Of a DNA stretch of 64,000 bases, positions 57,898 to 64,000 are shown in pieces. A model generated the notes under the pieces. It ran no database searches. It saw nothing but the letters and a program-made list of their open reading frames with translations, and was not told where the DNA came from. Origin of the DNA: Myxococcota bacterium (GTDB taxonomy: Bacteria > Myxococcota_A > UBA796 > UBA2385); assembly GCA_044344255.1 (NCBI GenBank), contig JBIJDH010000019.1, forward strand, positions 114,107 to 178,106, read 5' to 3'. The position numbers and the translations under genes were made by a program. Positions within the stretch are counted from its first letter, which is position 1. Every line of letters starts with the position of its first letter.

Positions 57898-59856
57898 ATG
57901 AAGTCCCCTCTCCTCCTCCTGGCGCTCGCGGCCTGTGCTCCGTCCGAGCAGGCAACCACCCACACGACGGCTCCGAAGTCGGCTGCCGGGGGTGACCTCG
58001 GCTCGATCATGGCCGCCCGCGGCCTCTCAGACGCCGACGTCATCAACGCCGCGAAGACCTACACCCCCTCCGGCGTTCACGACGAATACGTGATCTTCGC
58101 CTCGGGCGGTCATGGCGGCAACATGATCGCCATCGGGGTCCCCTCGATGCGTATCCTCAAGTACATCGCCGTCTTCGGCCCCGAGCCCTGGCAGGGTTAT
58201 GGCTTCGGCGGCCTGAGTGACAAGGTGCTGTACAAAGACGGCGCTCAAGGCGGGAAGGAGATCAGCTGGGGCGATGTGCATCACCCCAACCTCTCCGAGA
58301 CCGCTGGCGACTACGATGGGGAATTCCTCTTCGTCAACGACAAGGCCAACGCCCGCGTGGCGGTCATCGATCTGGCCGACCTCAGCACCAAGCAGATCGT
58401 CGCCAACCCCCTCGTGATGAGCGATCACGGCGGCGCCTTCGTGACGCCCAACACCGAGTACGTCGTGGAGACGAGTCAGTACGCCGCCCCCCTCGGTGGC
58501 GGATACGCCCCCCTCGACAGCTACAACGAGACCTTCCGCGGCGCCGCCACCTTCTGGAAGTTCAACCGGGAGGCCGGCCGCCTCGACCCCGCTGCCTCCT
58601 GGGCCATCGAGCTGCCGCCCTATGCCCAGGATCTCGCCGACTCGGGCAAGCTCGTCAGCGACGGCTGGGTCTTCATCAACTCCTGGAACACCGAGCGCTC
58701 CGCCGGCACCGAAGGCAAAGGCAAGCCCTTCACCGAGTCCGGGGCCAGCCAGAACGACACCGACTTCCTTCACGTGATCGACTACAAGAAGGCGGAGGCC
58801 CTCATCGCCGCCGGCAATTTCAAGATGATCGCCGGCATGAAGGTGCTCCCCCTCGAGGTGGCCGCGAAGGAGCGGGTCCTCAGCTTCATCGCCGAGCCGA
58901 AGAGCCCCCACGGCTGCGATGTGACCCCGGACGGCACGGGCATCGTGGTCGGCGGCAAGCTCGACACCCACGCGACCGTCTTCGAGTTCTCGAAGATCAA
59001 GGATCAGATCACCAAGGGGGAGTGCCCGAGCAAGGACCCCTACGGCGTCTGCGTGCTCGACTTCCAGAAGTCCATCCGCGGCCAGCAGCAGATCGGCCTC
59101 GGCCCCCTGCACACCGTCTTCGACAACAAGGGCTTCGCCTATACCTCTGTCTTCCTCGACTCCACGGTCGTGAAGTGGGACTACAACAAGCTCGGCGGAG
59201 AGACCGAGGCGATCTCCACCCAGTACAACATCGGCCACATCCTCTCGGCCGAGGGCGACACCGTCAGCCCGGACGGTCACTGGGTGGTCGCCATGAACAA
59301 GATGGCGCAGGACCGCTTCACTCCGGTGGGTCCGCTGCTCCCGCAGAACTTCCAGCTCATCGACATCTCGGGTCAGAACATGTCGATGGTCTATGACCTG
59401 CCCATCCCGCTCGGCGAGCCGCATTATGCACAGATGATCAAGGCCGACAAGCTGAAGACGCTGCAGGCCTACATCCCCGCCGGCACCAACCCCTACACCG
59501 ACAAGGTCTCCGAGCACGCCGTGGCGGCCGGTGCAGAGCGGACGGTGCGGAACGGCAAGAAGGTGGATGTGTATATGAGCGTCATTCGCTCCCACTTCGC
59601 GCCGGACTTCATCGAGGTGGAGCAGGGTGATGAGGTCACGATTCACCTGACGAGCCTGGAGCAGGCCTACGACCAGACCCACGGCTTCTCGATTGACATG
59701 TACAATGTCAACGTGTCCATGGAGCCTGGAAAATACGAGGAGATCACCTTCAAGGCGGATCGTTCCGGTGTGTTCCCCTTCTATTGCACCGAGTTCTGCT
59801 CCGCCTTGCACCTGGAGATGATGGGCTACCTCCTCGTCAAGCCGAAGGGCGCCTGA
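57898..59856 (+). CDS. nosZ: Nitrous oxide reductase, clade II (Sec-type lipoprotein signal)
   Basis: SGGHGG..GVPSMRILK; CuZ motifs DVHH, DHG, PHG, GPLH, EPH; CuA FYCTEFCSALHLEM; no twin-Arg signal. Confidence 0.96.
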   Translation: MKSPLLLLALAACAPSEQATTHTTAPKSAAGGDLGSIMAARGLSDADVINAAKTYTPSGVHDEYVIFASGGHGGNMIAIGVPSMRILKYIAVFGPEPWQGYGFGGLSDKVLYKDGAQGGKEISWGDVHHPNLSETAGDYDGEFLFVNDKANARVAVIDLADLSTKQIVANPLVMSDHGGAFVTPNTEYVVETSQYAAPLGGGYAPLDSYNETFRGAATFWKFNREAGRLDPAASWAIELPPYAQDLADSGKLVSDGWVFINSWNTERSAGTEGKGKPFTESGASQNDTDFLHVIDYKKAEALIAAGNFKMIAGMKVLPLEVAAKERVLSFIAEPKSPHGCDVTPDGTGIVVGGKLDTHATVFEFSKIKDQITKGECPSKDPYGVCVLDFQKSIRGQQQIGLGPLHTVFDNKGFAYTSVFLDSTVVKWDYNKLGGETEAISTQYNIGHILSAEGDTVSPDGHWVVAMNKMAQDRFTPVGPLLPQNFQLIDISGQNMSMVYDLPIPLGEPHYAQMIKADKLKTLQAYIPAGTNPYTDKVSEHAVAAGAERTVRNGKKVDVYMSVIRSHFAPDFIEVEQGDEVTIHLTSLEQAYDQTHGFSIDMYNVNVSMEPGKYEEITFKADRSGVFPFYCTEFCSALHLEMMGYLLVKPKGA

Positions 59857-59871
59857 TCGGCCCGTCGGCCC

Positions 59872-59931
59872 GATGTGCACTCCGGTGTGCACTCCGGTGT
59901 GCGCTTTGATGTGCACTCCGATGTGCATTCC
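59872..59931. repeat. 12-bp tandem repeat x5, consensus G(A/G)TGTGCACTCC
   Basis: Read directly, just after the nosZ stop codon. Confidence 0.9.
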
Positions 59932-59999
59932 CTCGACCTGGGCTCCTCTCTCTTCATTCCTCTCTCTCATCAGCGAAGAGGGAGGAGCCCCAGGTCGAG
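59932..59999 (+). other. Long intercistronic stem-loop (about 24 bp) after nosZ
   Basis: CTCGACCTGGGCTCCTCTCTCTTC pairs with GAAGAGGGAGGAGCCCCAGGTCGAG (one bulge, one G-U pair). Confidence 0.75.
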
Positions 60000-60044
60000 A
60001 GGCCGACACCCTCCCTCTGAACACCTCCAGCACCGGGTTACCTC

Positions 60045-60515
60045 ATGTCTGCGATTCTCCTCCTCCTGTTTGCCTGTGGGGGTGACCCCACGCCCGGTCC
60101 CTCCGGGGCCAGCCCAACGCCCGTGGCTGCCGCTCCGGCCCCGAAGCCCGTCGAGGTCGGCCCCGATGGTCCGGCGTCGATCGTGTTGCCGGCTGGCTTC
60201 CCCGCGACCACCGCCGCCCTCCCCACCGACGCCGCCACCCTCGCAGCAGGCGAGGCCACCTACAACGCCAAGGGCTGCGCGAGCTGCCACCAGTTCGGCA
60301 CCAAGCTGGTCGGGCCCGACCTCGTCGGGGTCGGCGATCGTCGGACGCCGCCCTGGATCGGCCGCATGATCACGAAGCCCGAGGTGATGGTCAAGGAGGA
60401 TCCCCAGGCCCGCGCGCTGTTCGCCCAGCTCATGACCCCGATGGCGAACCAGGGCATCCTGGAGGCCGACCTGCTGCCCCTCGTCGCCTATATCGTCAAC
60501 AAGAAGGGGCCCTGA
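60045..60515 (+). CDS. Monoheme cytochrome c lipoprotein (NosC-like)
   Basis: LFAC; CASCH..KLVGPDL; PMANQ axial Met. Confidence 0.88.
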   Translation: MSAILLLLFACGGDPTPGPSGASPTPVAAAPAPKPVEVGPDGPASIVLPAGFPATTAALPTDAATLAAGEATYNAKGCASCHQFGTKLVGPDLVGVGDRRTPPWIGRMITKPEVMVKEDPQARALFAQLMTPMANQGILEADLLPLVAYIVNKKGP

Positions 60516-60516
60516 G

Positions 60517-61182
60517 ATGGGCACCGTCGGTCGTTACAACATCGCGGGCCGCGACCAGTGGCTCGTGCTCGGAGCGGCGACCACCGGCGGCCTCTTCTTC
60601 GCCCTGAGCTATTTCTTGCCCTATTGGAACTTCAAGCTGGTCGCCCCACAGTACCCCAAGGGACTGTTCATGACGATCTTCCTCAGCGGCGTGGGGGGCG
60701 GCGTAGACGAGGTGGACATCATCAACCATTACATCGGCATGCACAAGCTCGTGGATGCCGCTCCGATGGAGCGGGCGCTCGGGCCCTGGTTGGTGGCCGT
60801 GCTGGCGCTCAGCGTGGTGATCGGCGTCCTCTTCGCAGGCAAGAAGCTGCACTGGGGGCTGCTGCTCCCCGCCGTGGCGCTGCCGCTCGGCTTCCTCGGG
60901 GACACGCTCTATTGGATGTGGAGCTTCGGCCACGACCTCGACCCCTCGGCCCCCATCGACTTCGCGCCTTTTATGCCCGAGCTCTTTGGACACGGTCAGA
61001 TCGGTCAATTTCACACCTGGGCCTGGCCGGGCGCGGGCTTCTGGCTCTCCGTGGTGGGCGGGGTGCTGGTGATCGGGGCCGTGCTCCTCCGGGAGCGGGT
61101 GTGCCGGCGCTGTCCGGCCGCTGCCATCTGCGGCGGCACCTGCTCACACCACCTGGTCGGCCAGCGCGAGGCGCGGCCATGA
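60517..61182 (+). CDS. nosB: NosB-like membrane protein of clade II nos clusters, with C-terminal Cys motif
   Basis: APQYPKGL, INHYIGM, GHDLDPSAPI..PF.P.LFG; tail CRRCPAAAICGGTC. Confidence 0.8.
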   Translation: MGTVGRYNIAGRDQWLVLGAATTGGLFFALSYFLPYWNFKLVAPQYPKGLFMTIFLSGVGGGVDEVDIINHYIGMHKLVDAAPMERALGPWLVAVLALSVVIGVLFAGKKLHWGLLLPAVALPLGFLGDTLYWMWSFGHDLDPSAPIDFAPFMPELFGHGQIGQFHTWAWPGAGFWLSVVGGVLVIGAVLLRERVCRRCPAAAICGGTCSHHLVGQREARP

Positions 61183-62507
61183 TCCTCCTCGTCCTCCCGC
61201 TCGTCGCCTGGGCCGGACCGAACGCCGCGACGGTCTCGGGAGAGCACGCCGCCCCTGCCCCCGCCGCCGTTCAGGTCCAGGCGGTGCCGGTGCCGGAGGG
61301 CGAGCCCCGGCAGGTGGTCGCGACCCCGGACATGTCGCTCCAAGCGATCGTGACCTCCCTCCCGCGCGGCTCCCATTTGCGGCTGTCGGCCGGCCTGCAC
61401 AAGGGCCCCCTCGTCCTCGACCGCCCGATGGAGCTGAGCGGCGAGGCCGGAGCCATCCTCAGCGGCGAGGGTGCGGGCTCCGTGCTGGTGATCGGGGCGC
61501 CGGACGTGGTCGTGCACGACCTCCACATCACCGGCGGCGGACATCGCTCCGACCTCGATGACTCGGGCGTGGTCGTGGGCGCAGACCGCGTGCGCCTGGA
61601 GCGCCTCCTGGTCGACGACGTCTACCTCGGCCTCGACCTTCGAATGGCCTCCCACGGCCTCGTCCGGGACTGCATATTCAAGGGTGACCCAGCAAAACTG
61701 TTCGGTGCGCGGGGGGATGCGATCCGTCTTTGGGAGTCGCGCGAGAACCTCATCGAGGGAAACCTGATCACGGACTCCCGGGATGTCGTCGTCTGGTACT
61801 CGGCTGACAATGTGATCCGCGGAAATACGGTCCGGGGCTCCCGGTACGGCACCCACCTCATGCACTCGGACAACAACCTGGTCGAGGATAATCGTTATGA
61901 GAACGACGTAGTCGGCGTCTTCGTCATGTACAGCACGGGGCTCACCCTGTCCCGAAACCTCGTCATGGGGGCCCTCGGACCGGCCGGTGTGGGCTTCGGC
62001 TTCAAGGAGAGCGACGAGCTCCGCGTGGAGGGGAACAGCTTGATCTCCAACACGACTGGCTTGTTCCTCGACACGACACCGCACAACATCAACGGTGAGG
62101 CCACCTTTCGCGACAACGTCATCGCCGCGAACGGCGTGGGCATCCGCTTTCACGGGCCCCAATACGGCGGAGACTTTACGCACAACAGCTTTGAGGCCAA
62201 TCGGTCGGTGGTCGCCGTGGATGGGGGGGTCGATAGCGGCCAGTACCGCATCCGGGGGAACCACTGGAGTGACTACGAGGGCTATGACCTCGATGGGGAC
62301 GGCCTCGGCGACCTGCCCTACGAGGCTCGCTCGCTGTCCGCCTCCCTGCTCGACCGGCAGTCCCTCCTCCGCTTCTTCGAAGGGAGCCCGGCGATGACGC
62401 TGCTCGACCTCTTCGCCGAGGCCTTCCCCATGTTCCGCCCGCCGGCCATCCTGACCGATCCCACGCCCCTGATGCGATGGGATCTCACCGCGGAGGGGTC
62501 TCCATGA
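61179..62507 (+). CDS. nosD: NosD beta-helix maturation protein
   Basis: RGDAIRLW, SRYGTHLMHS, GNHWSDYEGYDLDGDGLGDLPY and D..PLM. Confidence 0.93.
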   Translation: MILLVLPLVAWAGPNAATVSGEHAAPAPAAVQVQAVPVPEGEPRQVVATPDMSLQAIVTSLPRGSHLRLSAGLHKGPLVLDRPMELSGEAGAILSGEGAGSVLVIGAPDVVVHDLHITGGGHRSDLDDSGVVVGADRVRLERLLVDDVYLGLDLRMASHGLVRDCIFKGDPAKLFGARGDAIRLWESRENLIEGNLITDSRDVVVWYSADNVIRGNTVRGSRYGTHLMHSDNNLVEDNRYENDVVGVFVMYSTGLTLSRNLVMGALGPAGVGFGFKESDELRVEGNSLISNTTGLFLDTTPHNINGEATFRDNVIAANGVGIRFHGPQYGGDFTHNSFEANRSVVAVDGGVDSGQYRIRGNHWSDYEGYDLDGDGLGDLPYEARSLSASLLDRQSLLRFFEGSPAMTLLDLFAEAFPMFRPPAILTDPTPLMRWDLTAEGSP

Positions 62508-63217
62508 TCCGCGTGGAAGAACTCTGGAAGGAGTATGATGGCCGCCCTGCGCTCAAGGGCGTAAACCTCTCCATCGCCGCGGGGGAGCGTGTCGCCCTCG
62601 TGGGTCCGAATGGCTCCGGAAAGACCACCCTCCTTCGCGCGCTGCTCGGCCTCGTGAGCGTTCGAGGTCGTATCCGCATCTGTGGGCACGACCCCCTCCT
62701 CGACCACGCCGCCGCGCTCACCCACCTCGCGTACATGCCGCAGCGCAGCCCGGCCCTGCCAGTTCCAGTCCGGGAGGTGCTCCACTTCTGGTCCGCGCAG
62801 CGCGGGCTCCCCTCCGCGAGGGTAGAGGATATTTGCAGGTCCTTCGGGCTGGAGCTCGGCCCGCTGGGGCCCCTGCGCTTCGCCGCCCTGTCTGGCGGCA
62901 TGCAGCAGAAGCTGCTCGCCGCCATGGCGCTCGCGACCGATTGTCCGCTGCTGCTCCTCGATGAGCCCACAGCCAACCTGGACCCGCCGTCGCGCGCGGC
63001 CTTCTTCTCTCGACTGGAAGGGAGAGAGCCGCGCCCCACGCTGCTGCTCTCCTCCCACCGCGTCGATGAGCTCCGCCACCTCGTGAACCGTGTCGTGCTC
63101 CTCGACGATGGCACAGTCTCCTATGACGGACCGGTGGAGGACTTCCTCCGCGACCAGGGGCTCGACGGGACCGCCGGGCCGGAAGCCCACACCCAACCCC
63201 GGCTGAGGCTGCTGTGA
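62504..63217 (+). CDS. nosF: ABC ATPase NosF
   Basis: GPNGSGKTT, LSGGMQQK, LLLDEP and SSH. Confidence 0.9.
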   Translation: MIRVEELWKEYDGRPALKGVNLSIAAGERVALVGPNGSGKTTLLRALLGLVSVRGRIRICGHDPLLDHAAALTHLAYMPQRSPALPVPVREVLHFWSAQRGLPSARVEDICRSFGLELGPLGPLRFAALSGGMQQKLLAAMALATDCPLLLLDEPTANLDPPSRAAFFSRLEGREPRPTLLLSSHRVDELRHLVNRVVLLDDGTVSYDGPVEDFLRDQGLDGTAGPEAHTQPRLRLL

Positions 63218-63609
63218 TGCTGCTCTCGCTCCTCCTCGCCTGTGCCGGCGTGCCCGACAGCCCGCCTCCGCTCGACTATGACCGGGCCGCCTGCAGCTCC
63301 TGTGGAATGCTGGTCTCCGAGCCTCGATTTGCGGCGGAGCTGGTCACGACGGGCGGCGATCTCCGCACCTATGATGACCCTGCCTGTCTCTTTCGCGACA
63401 TCGTGGCGACGAAGCCCTCCATCGCTCGCCTCTGGTTCCGCGACTCCAGCACCACCGAGGAGCGATGGATCTCCTGGACGGAGGTCGCCTTTGTGCCGGC
63501 CACCGGGGCCCCCATGAACGGAGGCTATGCCGCGGTGCCCATGGGCACCCCGGGCGCGATTGGCTTCGGTGAGGCCAGCTCCACGGCCCTGCAGGGGGGC
63601 CCACCATGA
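63214..63609 (+). CDS. nosL: NosL copper chaperone lipoprotein
   Basis: LLAC; CSSCGM; YDDPACL; PMNGG. Confidence 0.88.
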   Translation: MMLLSLLLACAGVPDSPPPLDYDRAACSSCGMLVSEPRFAAELVTTGGDLRTYDDPACLFRDIVATKPSIARLWFRDSSTTEERWISWTEVAFVPATGAPMNGGYAAVPMGTPGAIGFGEASSTALQGGPP

Positions 63610-64000
63610 ACGGGATCCTCCGCCTCGAGGTCCAGAGCGTGCTGCGGGCCCGCTGGTTCTTCCTCTCGCTGGCCACCGCGGCGGGCTTGGCGCTGTTCTT
63701 TGTGGGCGTGGCGATGCGGGAGTCCGCGGTGCTGGCCTTCACCGGCTTCGGCCGCGTGGTGACGGGCACTGCGCTGGCCTCCCTGCTCTTCCTCCCCCTG
63801 CTCGCCGTGTTTTCGACGGCCCAGGCCGTACCCCAGGCCCGCCAGCAGGGGGTGTTGGAGTGGACGATGAGCCACCCCATCGGGAGATCCTCGCTGTTCT
63901 GGGGGATCTTCCTGCCCCGCCTCGCCGCCGTCGTCGGTCCGGTCATCGGCATGGTGGCGCTGGTGGGCCTCGCCGCCGCCCTCTTCGGCCACCCGCTGCC
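63606..64000 (+). CDS. nosY: ABC permease NosY (partial, runs off the window)
   Basis: ATGA overlap with nosL; hydrophobic helices; RQQGVLEWTMSHPI. Confidence 0.8.
   Translation, partial: MNGILRLEVQSVLRARWFFLSLATAAGLALFFVGVAMRESAVLAFTGFGRVVTGTALASLLFLPLLAVFSTAQAVPQARQQGVLEWTMSHPIGRSSLFWGIFLPRLAAVVGPVIGMVALVGLAAALFGHPL

Noticed and set aside
59872..59931. Possible CRISPR array
   Set aside because: Units are 12 bp, contiguous, with no unique spacers and no cas genes.

Overview
Very GC-rich bacterial chromosomal segment. The gene content (short-signal lipoproteins with DGT/DAD linkers, FG-GAP/MopE protein, Ser/Thr kinase-FGE protein, FHA regulator) suggests a Myxococcota-like organism; this is inference only. 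1-22 kb holds mixed housekeeping and accessory genes: a heme-c/copper monooxygenase, a Phd-VapC toxin-antitoxin pair, an amidohydrolase pair, tyrS, a prolyl oligopeptidase, and an ECF sigma factor fused to a ZAS-like domain followed by OsmC and a small Cys-rich protein. 22.8-38.2 kb is a minus-strand run: bcsA-bcsB-bcsZ-bcsC, then a CotH pseudokinase/kinase pair, then a Ser/Thr kinase. Head-to-head with it lies oleABCD (olefin synthesis, 38.7-43.3 kb). 43.9-64 kb is a nitrogen-oxide respiration island containing NnrR-like and Rrf2 regulators, SCO, NirV-like and heme-fused NirK genes, a Nap operon wired to a tetraheme cytochrome plus NrfC/NrfD module with a tetraheme NapB, a DUF1858/DUF2249-membrane-DUF59 cluster, and a clade II nos operon. 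Four of its transcription units have sigma-54-type promoters, and paired TGT-N10-ACA-like enhancer sites lie near three of them. No rRNA, tRNA, CRISPR array or transposase was seen. All family calls come from motif recognition by eye, not from database searches.
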